DNA from: Lama glama
Taxonomy: Eukaryota
Direction: 5' to 3'
Assembly: GCA_028534125.1 (NCBI GenBank)
Contig: CM052816.1
Coordinates: forward strand, 100,876,001-100,936,000
Length of the DNA stretch: 60,000 bases
Below, one piece after another: positions 37,621 through 50,849 of this stretch (position 1 is its first letter; each line of letters begins with the position of its first letter). The notes under the pieces are model-generated. The model made no database searches, had not been told where the DNA came from, and saw nothing but the letters and a program-made list of their open reading frames with translations. The position numbers and the translations under genes were made by a program.

Positions 37621-39179
37621 AAAGGGCTAACTATGCAGCCACAAGCCGACAGGCGTGTGAGGGGCGCAGACCAGCCAGCGTCCCCAGAAGGCCGCTGGGA
37701 AGCACTTAGCAGGGCTTTGATTCGCTTGCTGGTTTTCACCTAGACATCCCCTATGTTAAGTATCTAATCTAGAAAGTGTTTAGACAGCCTGAAAATTATT
37801 ATGGACAAAGGAGTTGCTGAAACTGGGCAAAGTGTAGTAAAGCATTGCAAACAGCAGAAGATCGTGATAGACTCTTGAAGGGAAAGCAACGCTGTGAGCC
37901 CAGCGTGAGCTGAAACTGAGCGACAGCAAGTGAACAGCGTCACAAAGCCCCAGGGAGGCACCTCGACCTGCTAACAGGCATTACCTCCAGGTGGTGACTT
38001 TAGGGGCGACTTTAAGCTTCTTAGTTCATTTACTATTTCAGAACTTTTTATTTCAAGGAGCTACTTCCAAAACAAGAACGTAAGATACAGTAAAAGGATT
38101 ACGTTGAAAATGAAAACATGAACGCTTGTTTTTCTATCTCCAAATATTAAGAAAATAACTACAAACAGGCGGATCTTCCACAGCTTTTGAATTCAGACAT
38201 AAAGACAGTAAGACGAGCCGTACTTCTACAGAATCTTCTGTTTTAAAATGGCTTTTTCTTAGGGCTCCGTGTGTGTCAGTGGCGAAGGGCCAAGGCCTGC
38301 CTGCAGAAGACTCTGCGGTGGGATGGCCTCCCTGAGCAAACTAAAGGCTTCCGATGTGCCTGATGAGGTGAGCAAGTGATCTGAGTCCCTCGACCCCACA
38401 CCCGTAGGTCTGGAGAGCGTCTCTGTCGGTAACTTTGAAAGCACAGTGAATTCTGCACCCAGCCCGCGGGGGACGAACGGCGGGAGTGCAGCGCCCGAGG
38501 GCGCACGCCGCGGCCGCCGGCCACGTAGCAGAGCTTCTAGGCAGAGACAGTCCTGGCATCACGGAGGTCACCCTACTTTGAGATAATGCCATGGGATTCC
38601 AAGCACACGTCTTGACGTCTTGTTTCCAGGGCAACACTCCTAATAAGTCCGCGCTCTCCGTGAACTAGCGCGGTGCCTGAGGATCTCTGAACTGTGCCCA
38701 TTCTATGTCTTGTTCTTTGAAACACATCACATTTCCAGAAAAAGTCTTGTATAAAATCGGACTCCCTAGAGAAATACACCAGAAAGTCCTGAGATGACTC
38801 AGGACAAACAATAATGCACCAACACTTCCGCCGGCTCCCTGCTGCGGCGGCAACGTCAGGCAAGAAACACGAGCACGTGTTTTTAATCTTGAATTTTAAC
38901 CTGGATGGTGGGGTGAGACGCTAGACAAATCTCTCCAAAAAGCAGTGACAAATCTGGACAGCGATGTCAGAAATGTTACTCTAGGACACTTAGGATCAAA
39001 CAAACGGCCACCGAAAATAGAGAGGCACGTATTCAAGGAAAAGAAGCCCAGGTGAGAGCCCCGAGGTGCCGCGTGTTTACCGGGACGTCCCCAACCCCAC
39101 ACCCACCACTCCACAGCGAGGCGGCCCACTTCCTCCCGTGTGGATGGGACAGTGGACATGAGCCCCGTGGCTGCCAGAG

Positions 39180-41770
39180 AGGCTGCCTGAATTTGGAGTG
39201 GTGTCTGGTGTTCAACAGAAAGTGATTTCTGTGGGAAAACAAAACACAACAAAAACACCAGAAGGCAGACAGTGCAGCAAGTTCTATAAACTCAGTTCCT
39301 CACCCTTTCCCAGCCCACAGACAGTTCGTTAGCAAAGAACGGGGGCTTTTCTAGCTCTAGGTGTTTCAGCACAGCCTCTGGGTCTGACCAGTCCCCGTCT
39401 GACTGCTAAGCTGTGAGCCCTGCAAAACCAGGCTGAAATATAAAAATAAGGATTAAAAAAAAACTGAGCAGGGATGTCAGTGGCCACACGCTTCAGGGGG
39501 AACAGAATCTGCAGATTAGTCCAGACAGGCCACCAGCCAACAGACAGAACCTGCAGCAGCAGCAGCCTCCAGGGAGGGGGGTCCGTGACCCTGAGTTGCT
39601 ACGATGTGTCACCTAGAACAGAAAGTCGTGACAGACGCTTGGAGACACGACGAAACTGGAACATGTGATTCACACACGGGGGGAGAAGTGGCCACTGGAA
39701 CCCGCGCGGAGAGGACCAGGTGTTGAAACTCACAGACGAGGACCTTAAAACAGCCCTACGGAATGTGGTCAAGAACTGAGGAGATCGTTTTTCAAGAATT
39801 ACGTGACAACATAGTGGGAATGACTCATCAGCTAGAGAATGTCAGCAAAGAGACAGGGACCATTTAAAAGAATCCAATGACGGCTCTGGAGTCGAAAAGC
39901 CCGGTAACCAAGTGACAAGACCCCTCGACAGCGTTCGGACCGGCAGGTCAGGACTTGAAAGCAGGTCAAGACCAGACACTCAATCTGAAGAGCAGAACAG
40001 GAGGAGAGCGAGGGAAAGTAGCAGGATCCTGTGGGGTTTCGCCAAACAGACTAACATATACTAAATGGGACCCTCAGGAAGGGTGGGAAATGGCAGAAAA
40101 ACGCCTGAAGAGACAAAAGCAGAAAACTTGCCCAGTCTGGTGGCGACCCCGTGCCCCCACGACGTTCAACAGACTGTAAGTAAGGTGCGCACGACGAGCG
40201 CCGCCCTGGGACACGGCACCGCCATGCTGCTGGAAACCAGGGGAAAAGACAGAACCCTAGAAGGTGCAGGAGGGAACGCCGCGGCAAGTGCAAGACAGCT
40301 GCGAAGGGACGGGCACCTGGCTTCCCACGAGGAGGGCGGCACGCGGGAGGCGCCGAGAGGGCAAGATAGCCACACGCTCCACGGTCAGCAAAAATACTCT
40401 TCAAAGAGTCAAAAGGAAAAAAATTTTTCCCAGGTAAAGAAACACTGAGAGAATTTGCTGCCAGCAAACCTGTCTTAGAAGAAATTCTAAAGGATTGTTC
40501 AGACTGTAAGGAAACGACACCAGAGGGAAACTTGAATGCACATGAAGGAATAAAGCAGACCATTAAAGCGCTCATGTAAGCAGATCTAAGGACAGTACAA
40601 ATATAATTTTCTAATGTTCCCTGAGGTTATTTGAAATATAATAACTTGAGACAATAATTAGAAAGCCACACCGTTGGGATTATAGACTGTGCAGAAATGA
40701 AGTATCGGATGATAACAGCACAATGGAGGAAGGGGATGAAGCTACTTGGGGTAAAAGTGTCTATGTTTTGCCAAAATTAAGTTAGTATTAGCATGAAGTG
40801 CTCTGTGACGAGTAAAGGCCTATACTGCAGTCCCCAGAGCAGTGTTTCTCTAGGAAAATAGCATTAAAAAGGAGTGAAGATGGAACATTAGAAAACGGCT
40901 TTTTAATATACAAAGAAGTCATTAAGAAAGAACAGGGGACCAAAAAGGACATGGATATGAAGAAAACAAACAGCAGGACGGCAGAAATAAGTCCAGCTAT
41001 ATTAATAAATCCAATAAGTGTAAATGAGTTAAACATTCCAATCGTAAACCAGAGATTGTTTTACTGGATTCAAAACAAAATAAGAACAAGAAAAACAAGA
41101 TCCAAAGTTATGCCCTGCATAAAACACCCACCTTAGATTCAGACCATCATCTCTCATGAACACAGAGGTTCTCAACAAAGTGTCAGTGGAAGTCAGCGGC
41201 GTGAAAGGAAGTGTCGCTCACCACGAGCAAGGAGAATTGACCCAGGAACCCAAAGTGGTTTTATAACCAAGATGAACGAATTCACTCAAGTCCATTGCTA
41301 GCATAAAGTGGGGGAATATATGATCATCTGAATAGCTGCAGGAAGCGGATTTCAGAAATCCAGCAACCATTCGTAACTAAAAGTACTCAATACTGGAAAC
41401 AGATGGAAACTTCTTAATAAAGGACGGCCACAGAAATCTTAACACTCACTAACTTAAAGAGACTGGAAGCTTTTCTCCCTAAAACCAGAAACAAAGCAAG
41501 GGTGTCCCTTCTCCTGATTTCTGTTCAGTGCTGGACCGGAGAGTCCAGCCAGTGCAATCAGGCAAGAAAAAGGAAAGAAGCCGTCCCTCTGGGGAAGGAA
41601 AAAGAAGCCGCTGCCTTTGTGGCAAGACGCCGTGTGCGGGAAACTCCAGGGAGTTCACAAAAACCTCTGCCGGTCCAAGTAAGGGAGACGGCGCGGGAGG
41701 AGGCCACCCGCTCCACGTGGGAGACAGGTGCTTCGACGTGCTTGCCCTGAACCCACCAAAAATAAAGAAA
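39180..41770 (+). mobile_element. Decayed ancient L1 (5' region, ORF1, internally deleted ORF2)
   Basis: aacactgagagaatttgctgccagcaaacctgtcttagaagaaattctaaagg (ORF1 end); frame 40951..41136 ISVNELNIPIVNQRLFYWI vs ORF2 endonuclease LNVNGLNSPIKRHRLASWI; ctggaagcttttctccctaaaaccagaaacaaagcaagggtgtccc (RT region). Confidence 0.85.
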
Positions 41771-43809
41771 CAATTCCTTTCATGATTGCGTCACAGAACT
41801 GAAATAATCAGAAACACACGCGGCTCAGCAGAGGCAAACCTTCCGTGTCCTCTCCGCGCTCCCGTCTTTTTCCTCTCCCTCTGTGGACGGGTGGGATTTT
41901 TCCGTGCATCTTTTCCTCTGTTTTTATTGTTCAGCCTGATTTTCCCCGCAAAGAGTTTCAAGCCCAGTAGTTGGCTTTTCACCCCTTGTCTGGTCTCCGG
42001 GTCCTGTCTGTCTGGGCAGCTGCTTCCGGTTCGTGGGGCGTCAGGGCTCCATCCTTGCAGACCGACCACCTGCAGGGAGCTCCTGCCGGGTGGGAGGCCC
42101 CTCCCCTGGGATGCAGCCCCACTTCCATAGCCCTGGAGGATCTCTGTGGGCCCGTCCTCACAGAACAAGGCACGTGCTGGCCTGGTGCTGGCCGCCCCGG
42201 ACCGCAGTGGGGCCCAGCTCGCTGGAGGGGTGAGCCGCGTGGCACCAGCCCAGAGACCCGCAGCCACTCCCCTGCCTCCCCGGAGAAGCCCTCCCACCCT
42301 GCCGGGTGCCCCCAGAGCCGAGACCGAGAAGGCTCACAGCTGTCACTCCAGCTTCCCTCCAGCTCCTGGGGCGACGCGGGGCAGGGGCTTGAACCCTCTC
42401 AGCCCAGTGTCCTGACCTGCGGGGGGACAGCACGGCTGAAGGGGCAGACAGTAGCCAAGCCTGCCGAGGGACCCGGGCCAGAAGGGGGCGTGGAGGCGCA
42501 TCACACGTCTCAGCACCCGAGGCCCTGCTCCCGGCAGGAGCGAGGGGCCCTGGAACAGAGGAAGGGGAGCCACCTCCCGGGTCCCCGCGAGCGCGAGGTG
42601 AACAGCCCGCGGGCCCTCGGGCAGGGCGGGCCTCAGCTTCGTTCTGAGGAGAGCATCAGGTCGGTTCATGACGACGCTTGGAAAGTTCTCGTTTGTGTGT
42701 TTGTTTCGGTTTAGGGTTTTGGGGGGTTTTTGGTCTCACTGTGAAAACAGCTTCACTGCTGTTCTGGTTTGTATAATTCGCACACGCTCTTTGGAATAAC
42801 TTGAACAATGCGTAGGAGTGGAAGAGAGAGCTGAAACAGTCCCACCATCCTGAGACGACCCCTTTAACCATTTGTTGACAGTGTTTGCAAATATTTAAAT
42901 GTTGTGTAAATACCAAAAAATGCCAGAGCCGCCGTGCCCAGCGCTAAAGCGGGGGCCACAGGGCCGCCCTCCAGGGAGCCGTGCACCCCCGCCCAGGATT
43001 CCCAGACCACCCCCACCCCCACCCCCAGAGTAACTGACACCCCAGAGTGAGTTAAGGTGTGAACTGGAGAAGAGTCACAACTCAGACGTCGTGAAATGTT
43101 TATTATTCGGATGAGGGAGGAACGCTCCCTAACCAGGCACCTTACTGATCTCTGCCCACCGTGTTAAATACTTGAATATTTTTCACACGGTCAAATGGCC
43201 TTCAGGAAAAACCACGAAGCCTTTTTTGTATTTGCCAGTCAGCTTAGCATAATTTTATACGTTGGGTTACATCCGTAACAATCTTGTCAGTATTCGGAAG
43301 TTAAGTTAACCAATGCTCAAAGAAAACAAAAACAAAACAAAACAATGAAACCTCAAGTTCACCAAATTTAATCCCCCTCAATGTTCTGTTCATTGAGAAC
43401 GGACACATTTAAAAGAGGAGAAATGGTTTTGCACGCCAGGAAAGGACTATTGAGAGCTGAGCTGCCATTTTCACACTAAAATGCATTACACTTCATGATG
43501 CAGCGTGGATTCGGTGAGAGCTGAGATCATGGCCAACTTGCGCCAACTTGCGTCCAGCAGTTAGAGACTGACCTGCATGCTGACCGGTGCCAGGAAGGAA
43601 GGAGGGGGAGAAGGACCAGGAAGCCCACGGCCCAGCTCCAGAATGCCCCCCCCGCGAACGTGGCTGGCCAGGCGCTGCGGGCGCCGCGGTCGTCAGGGGA
43701 GCCTTGCTGCACCTCCCATTAAGAGACTGTTCGTTTTCCAGGGACATGTTAACACCACCACCACCACAGCCCCTGGTCCGGCCCTGGGCTTTCAGAGGTT
43801 ATTTTCGTC

Positions 43810-43880
43810 ACCCTGATAAGGCCCGGAAGAGGCAGCCTGGCTATAAAAAGCCGTCCTCGGCCTGCTGGCTGGGAGGAGCC
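43810..43880 (+). promoter_or_regulatory. Candidate TATA core promoter with GATA and ETS motifs
   Basis: TGATAA 43814-43819, CCGGAAG 43823-43829 and TATAAAA 43842-43848, with GC-rich flanks and downstream sequence. Confidence 0.3.
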
Positions 43881-46401
43881 ACGCCGCCCAGCGGGCCGGG
43901 CTCTCCTCCCGCCTGGGCGCAGAGGCAGACACGCCACAAGCCGCAGCCAACCTGACGCAGGTCTGGACAGAGAACCCCACAGTTCTCCTCGAATTTAAAT
44001 TCCCAGCAGAAAATGAACAAAACCAACCTGAGAGTCAAAAGGGACTGGAAAACAAAATCAGAAGCCCCTCCCTCCTTAAGACCCCTTTGCACACGATTCT
44101 CCGCACTTGGCCTCAGGCCCCCCAGCTGGTACCCCCGGCTCTCGCTCACTCTCCTTCCAGCGTCCTTCGTCTTTCATCCAGTCCGGACTCCAGCATCAGG
44201 AGCTCTCAGCACAGACCCAGCCCGCGGGGCGGCTGTACCGCCGGTCTCCTGCGGCCACAGTGGCGGGTCCGTGGGTGTCCGCTCCGGGGCGCCCCGAGAG
44301 GGACATGCAGGAACTCAAGGTTTAACTTAGAGCTGTTTCCTAAAACACTTATTTTTTATGAAAAGGTATCGGAAGTGCTTCAGGGTTGAGCTAATTCCAA
44401 GATGCTGTGTTGGAAATACACATCCTTTATGACAACAAGGTTGACGTCTCTTCTGTTAACACCTTTCCTGAAGTTTCAGGAGTCAGTGGTGCTGGCTGTC
44501 TTTGGTAAAGATCATTTTTTGAAAGTAGAAAATTACACTTCAAAAGGTGTTGTATTTGCTTCCTCTGAGGTGGGCGATCGCAACCAAAAGTAGTGTATGT
44601 ATCTTCAGGTTGCAGCATAATTATGTGGGAGAAAAAGAAAGTCGAGATTACGAGCCCCAGACCACGCAGCTGCAGCCGGCAGGCCAGCCACGCTGTGCTT
44701 CTGTGCGCTTGCAGGAGGCCTTATGGAGATCGCCGGTGCAATCTATTTTTATTTTTTACAGGTATTTAAGCAGTTTCTCTGCACAGTGGCCTTAAAATAG
44801 CCACTTCACCGTTTTGTTTTTCAGCATTCTCAAAGTGGCTAACGCCGCCCTGCGTAAGCCTTCCCACTTTAGGAAACGAGATCGTTGTATACAGTAAGAC
44901 CCCTCTGGCGCTGCACATCCCAAGATCGCAGTGCTCGGCGGTCTCCCCCACAAACGTCTGGAAAGAGCAGATCGCTGCGTGAAGTGTTAACACCACCGCC
45001 GCCGTTAGTTACGGCCTGTGAGACGCTAAACTTCCGTCGCCTTATTAGAAGTAAGAGCCCAGGTTTCTCAGTCCAGGGAAGTTTTGTGTGGAGTCTGCGA
45101 GTCCCAGGGTGTTTCGGTCCCTCCCCGTAAGTGGGTGGCGGCCCAGACAGGGACAGAGGCGCTGCAGGCTCCCCTGTAAATGGGGGCCGCGGGCTGGCTG
45201 GCTGCTTTTTCTTTGCACTCACAGGTCTGGAAGCGCTTCAGGGGTACGTTCTCGGTTTGCTTTAGAAATGCACACAAGTTGCATCTCATCAGCTAGGAAT
45301 GTTTCTGTTCCTTGGCCAATTTCGGCACCTCTGCCTTTAAGTGTGGCTCCCCCGCCCTCGAGGGGTCCAGGTGGGCCTGAGGACTTGCAGGTGGGGGCTG
45401 AGGGTGCTGAAGGCATGAGATAAGGGTGCTGGCCCACGAGTCAGTGTGCGAGCCGGGAGCCAGCAGCCTGTGGGAAGTGGTGGACCAGGCAAGTCTGCTT
45501 TCTTTCCAAAAAAGGAAAGGTCTGCTAGAGGTGGGAGAGCAGGGGGCCTTGGGGTGCACAGAGGCATGAGGCATGAACTGCGCGGTGCACTGGGCAGCCC
45601 CGCGGCCCCGCCGGCCCTGGGGAGGGTACCCGGGAGAGCAGCCGGCCAGCAGGAGCAGCAGAGCCCGCCCCGCCCCGCCCCACCGCCAGCCGCAGCCAGA
45701 GCCGCAGGACGCAGGACGGTGCGGCCTCTCGTCCTGGCACATCTGATGCGGGGGCACAGCTGGCCGGGTTCCAGGGCCCTCCCCCGGGGCCAGCGGCAAG
45801 CTGAGGGCCTGCACAGCCCTCTGAGTTACTAGAGACAGAGCCCCAGCCCAGCCCCTTGGGCCTGGAAGCTCGGGTCGGGCTCTTCTCCGACAGCCCATGG
45901 CGGGTGGGGGTCTGGCACTCGCCCCCCACTTTCTGGCTGCACCTGTTGGTCTGCCGCCTCCCTCTTTCAGCTCAGTCGTCCCCTCTTTTCTCTGCCTGTC
46001 AGTCTCCTTCTGTCCCAGGGCCAACACACTTTCTCCAGGTAGCAGAGAAGTGGCTGCTTTTGTATGGATCTTTATCGTCTCACCAAGTCACCCAGAAAGG
46101 CTGTAAGTAAGCGAAATTAAAACGTGGTTGCCTGGCTTCACTGAAAGAGAACCCAGCGACCCAGGCCGGGCCCCCGTCCCTTCCGTCCACCCACCGGGTT
46201 CCTGAGGACAAACGTGATGGCAGGTGGTACAGGCGTCCTGGAGCCAAGAGGTGAGATTCTCGAAGGCAGGAGGGTAGCTTTGCGGGGCGCTGGGACGGGA
46301 TTCTGGGCAGGAAGTTATTACGCAGAGGCACGTCCCCACCGCAGGCGCTGACACCAGCAGGACTGGGTGCACCTGCACATTTTTCTCATCACCTTCGCAT
46401 C

Positions 46402-47133
46402 TTTCTTTTTTTAATTGAAGTCTAGTCAGTTTACAATGTGTCAGTCTCTGGTGTCCAGCATCCTGCCTCAGTCATTCATGTACATACATACATAGATTTG
46501 TTTTCATATTCTTTTTCATTAAGGTTATGCCAAGATGTCGAATATAGTTCCCTGTGTTACACAGAAGAAATTTGTTTTAATCTATTTTTACACGTAACGG
46601 TTAACATTTGCAAATCGTAAACTCCCAAATTCATCCCTTCCCACCACCTTCCCCCGGTAACCATGGTTGTTTACTACGTCTGCGCGTCTGTTTCTCTTTT
46701 GTAGGTGAGTTCATTGCTGTCTTTCTTCCTTTCTTTGTTTCTTTCTTAGATTCCACATGAGTGATACCATATGGCATGTTTTCTCCCTCTCTCTGGCTCA
46801 CTTCACTGAGAACAACAATTTCCAGATCCATCCGTGTTGCTGCAAATGGCTTTATTTTATATTTTTCACAGCTGAGTAGTGCTCCATTGTATAAATACAC
46901 CACAGCTTTACCCAGTCACCTGTCGATGGACATTTATGTTGCTTGTATGTCTCGGCTGCTGTAAATAGTGCTGCTGTGAAAACAGTGCTGGCGGGAACGC
47001 AGTTTGGTGCAGCCATTATGGAAAACAGAATGGAGATTCCTCAAAAAACTAAAAATAGACTTACCATGGGATCCAGCTGTCCCACTCCTGGGCATATATC
47101 CAGAGGGAACTCTAATTCAAAAAGATGCAAGCA
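46402..47133 (-). mobile_element. Young cetartiodactyl/camelid-type L1, 5'-truncated with inverted 5' segment
   Basis: T-tail then antisense 3' UTR and ORF2 end to about 46984 (minus frame PFAATRMDLEIVVLSEVSQ); 46985-47133 is sense ORF2 ([32 protein letters not shown]). Confidence 0.92.
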
Positions 47134-47957
47134 TGTTACTTAAAATGTCTCAACTACAGCTCAGCCGCCTGTGTGAAGGGGTCGCTGTCTTTATACAAAT
47201 ACTTTCAGTTGCTTGGATGACAGTTTGTTGTCTTCACTGATGCTGACAACACCAGCGCATTTGGATGACGTGAGATCAGGGCCAAAGGGCAGACACTGAG
47301 TAAGTTCTTACTGCTCACCTGCTTCAAACAGCTAGGACTTAAAAGAAAATTGGAAAACGAATCTAAACTCTCCCAAAGAGGCCTCTAAAGGGGCCTGTCC
47401 TGTGGAGCGGCCCACAGTGCAGAGGGGGCGGGGGGCACGGAGGGGCGTTTGGGGCAAGCACCCCCGGGTCAGCCTGGCTGACAGGCGGGGCCGGCGCCGA
47501 GGCGAGCAGACGGAGGGTCACGGAGACGGGAGCCCGGCGGGCGGCACGCTCAGCTCCCTGACGCCGGACGCGAGCTGCAGGCAAAGGTGCTGGGGATTCT
47601 GCCTCAAAGCAGAGCAGAGCACTTCTGAGTCCAGAGAGGTGGAGGGTCTGCACGCGGGAGACAGAACGGCCGAGCGCTCTCTGAAGCCGCAGGACACAGA
47701 CCCGGCGGCCCGCAGGCCGTGTCCCAGGCTCCCGAGGGCATACGCTGAAATTCCAAGTAAGTGTTTACCTTTAAAGCAGGTAAAGAGTAATTTTTAAACA
47801 TATGGCTGCTGTCCGCGGTGGTCACTGGGCCCAGCGGGGCTCCTGAGGGGGCAGAAGTCGCAGGCGACGTGGGTGAGGGACAGTCTTAGCTGGGGCTGCA
47901 CTTGGTGTCAGTCCCTCACGTGAGGAAGTTTTTTGAGGACCTCTGCTTGGATGCGGG

Positions 47958-48360
47958 TGAAACAGAAACAGACTCATAGACAGAAAGCAAACCAGAGGTT
48001 ACCGGGGGGGGGGCACAAGTTAAATTAGGGGAGTGGGATTAACATACACACACGGTGTACACGGAATCGACAAGCAACAAGAATGGACTCGGAGGCGGAG
48101 GCATAGCTCAGAGCGAGAGCGTGTGCCAAGCATGTACGAGGTCCTGGGTTCAGTCCCCAGTACCGCCATTAAAAAGATAATCAAATATCCCCTCCTACAA
48201 AAAAAAAAGCTTAAAAAAAGAACACACTGTGCCACACAGGGAATTATACCCACTGTCCTGTGATAACGTGCAATGGAGTGTAATCGCCAAAAACACTGAG
48301 CCACTGTGCTGTGCACCTGGAACTAACCCCACATTACAGATACTTCAACAATAACAAGTT
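47958..48360 (+). mobile_element. Cetartiodactyl-type L1 3' UTR fragment hosting a SINE
   Basis: aaacagaaacagactcatagacagaaagcaaaccagaggttacc ... cacagggaattatacc...ctgtgctgtgcacctggaactaac. Confidence 0.85.
48091..48219 (+). mobile_element. tRNA-derived SINE (camelid Vic-1-like)
   Basis: ggaggcggaggcaTAGCTCAGagcgagagcgtgtgccaagcatgtacgaggtcctgGGTTCAGTCCccagtaccgccattaaaaa has Pol III A and B box-like motifs and an A-rich tail. Confidence 0.88.
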
Positions 48361-50069
48361 TTATAAATACTTCAGTAAAAGGGAAAAAGCAGTCCCAACT
48401 GCAAAGAAAGGCCTAAGGGTGTGGGGAAGACAGACTGCAAACGAGCCGGCAGAACACAGCACGAGAGGTGTGAACAAGCAGGTCCACAGAGGACCAGGCA
48501 CGGAGGGCAGCAGGGGCCGCGGCGCAGGACGGGGCGGCGCTGCCGGAGGGGCGTGGAGGGTCCTGACCGCCTTCTAGGTGGGGCTTGAGCCTGTTTATCA
48601 GGGAGACAGCCCACGCAGCGATTCAGGAATCCAACGTGAACACGTGAAAGGAGGGAAGGGAGGTCTCGGGCTGGGAGGGAGGCAAAGAGAAAAGAGGGAT
48701 CTTGCGTCCTCTGAGCAACCGGTGTCCTTGGACACCTGTGTACACACCCAGACTCACATGCCGAGAAGACCGATGTGAAACCCTGATGAGGCGGGTCAAG
48801 ATTAATCGAAGACAAGCGTCACTGAAAAGTATCACAAACAGTAGAAACATTTTAAATACTGCAATTTTATCGCTGGAGGAAGCTGTAACTGGTGACAACG
48901 GCTCACAGCATAACGTACGCTGCATCGTGCTGATGACGCCAGCAACACCCCGGGGAAATTGTACCTCGTGTGTCTTGAAAACCAGATCGCAGTGGTGTGC
49001 CCAGCCCAGCCCAGCCCAGTCTGTGAACCCGCAGAGTGTGACAGAGACCCTGCCCACGGCGGTGCCACCACGCCCCCTGCTACCTCCGCAGACAGGAACG
49101 GCGGCCAAGACAGTCCGCGATGTCACCCGCACAGAGGGGCGGGGGGCAGGGAGGCTGCAATTAAACACAGCTGTAATGCCAGACTTCTCCCTACTTTGAA
49201 AATTTTCTGGACTGTGTATGCTTCGTTTTAGATTTAATAAGATTATAAATGCCATTTGCTTTTTGAGTGCAGAGACGAAGGGCAGAGTCGTGGGTGCCGA
49301 GGAGGCGGGACGGCGGCTGCGGTCCACCAGGGCCGGCGGGGCCCACGAGGTGCCTGCACCCGCCCCGCGCCTTCACCCCAAGACGCAGCTGCCCGCCCCC
49401 AAGCCTCTGCCGCGCAGGGAGCGAGGCCGCCCCTTCACTCTTCGGTGTGTCGTGTTTTGCAGTTTTGGTCTTTCCCTCTCTTGAAGCCAAGCTCCAGCGG
49501 GCAAGGCCCGTGCGCCCGGGGCTGGGTTCCGGGCGCCCAGCGTGCCACGTCTGGTGCGTTTTCCTTCTGTCACACACGACTCCAATCTGGTGCCAGGAGC
49601 TGGATTCAGTCACTTGGGTCTGAGCGAAACTCTCCCTCTTGGGAGGTGGGTAAACTCGAGAGTGCTTTTACAAATCAGAAATTGTGGTAGATTATTTCAT
49701 AATTGCTCAAATTGGAGAAAGTTCGCTTAGAATCGCCTGCCAGGAGAAACAGGCCCCCAGCCACCTGCCCACCTGGTCACCGCTCAGGAGAGAGCCAGCC
49801 CCCACAGCGGCAGGGACACCCGCTTGTCTGTCCCCGTGAAGACACGTGTGTGAGGGCTCGTTCAGCAGCCGCCCTCGTGGGGCTCGTGTCTGAGTTCCCT
49901 CTGTAACACGTGGGAACAGCCCACAGAGGACCAGGCACTTCTGAGAGGAAGCAGGAGCGCCACGACCACACAGGCAGACAGTGCCCCCTACAATATTACA
50001 AAGTCCGCTGATTCTACCACGCGTCTCCCCAAGGAGAGAGGAAGACTGCAGAGGATGCCGACGTGTAGA

Positions 50070-50275
50070 GGTAGGAGCAAGAGGGGCTCTGGGGGTAGAT
50101 GGCTTGGATTCAAATCTGAGCTCTGCTAACTAGCTGTGTGACCTTAGGCAGGTTGCCTAACCTTTCTGTGCCTCTGTCTCCTCATCTGTAAGCTGGAGTG
50201 ATGAGGGTAGCCCCTCCAAGGAGCCTCATGAGGATCACACGGGATTGCCGGGCATGGTGCTCAGAACACGGTCTG
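50070..50275 (+). mobile_element. MIR SINE
   Basis: ggattcaaatctgagctctgctaactagctgtgtgaccttaggcaggttgcctaacctttctgtgcctctgtctcctcatctgtaa. Confidence 0.9.
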
Positions 50276-50297
50276 CTCCATTCCACCTCTGCTGCCA

Positions 50298-50385
50298 GGT
50301 GGTGAGTTTAAAGCCAGACAGACAGGTGTGACGGGGTCCAGGTCCTTCACTGGCTGTGTGGTCCGGGGCCAATTACCCAACTCTT
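50298..50385 (+). mobile_element. Second MIR 5' fragment
   Basis: aagccagacagac...cactggctgtgtggtccggggccaattacccaactct; weak. Confidence 0.45.
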
Positions 50386-50419
50386 TTCAAGAGAGATTAT
50401 GACGTTTATGAGTAAGGTT

Positions 50420-50849
50420 GGATATTAGTGAAGGTTCTCCGGACAAACCAACAGGATGTAAACATATGTGTGTATAGAGAGAGGGAGAGATTTATTTTAA
50501 AGAATGGCTCGCACAATTACGGAGACTCAGAGGCCCCGAAGCCTGCTGGAGAGGCCAGCAGGCTGGAGGCTCGCGGAAGAGCTGCAAGTTGAGTCCACAG
50601 CCCTCTGCTGACAGGTCCCTCCTGCTCAGGGGAGGTCAGCCTACAATTCCCCTTCCCACTTCTATCCAGCTCTTCAGCTGAGTGGACAAGACCCACCCAC
50701 ATCAGAGAGGGCAACCTGCTCACTCCGTCCACCAATTTAAATGTTAACCTCACCCAAAAACCAACTTCACAGAAACATCCAGAAAAATGCTTAACCCAAG
50801 ATCTGGGCACCGTGGCCCAGCCACGTGAACACATAAATGGGCCATCAGA
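50420..50849 (-). mobile_element. ERVL solo LTR (MLT2B-like), near full length
   Basis: tattagtgaaggttctcc...gagatttattttaaagaatggctc...cacccacatcagagagggcaacctgct...atttaaatgttaacctc...cacagaaacatccagaa...tctgggcaccgtggcccagcc. Confidence 0.92.

Noticed and set aside
48091..48170. tRNA gene
   Set aside because: The A and B boxes are degenerate, the sequence continues into a SINE body and A tail, and it sits inside an L1.
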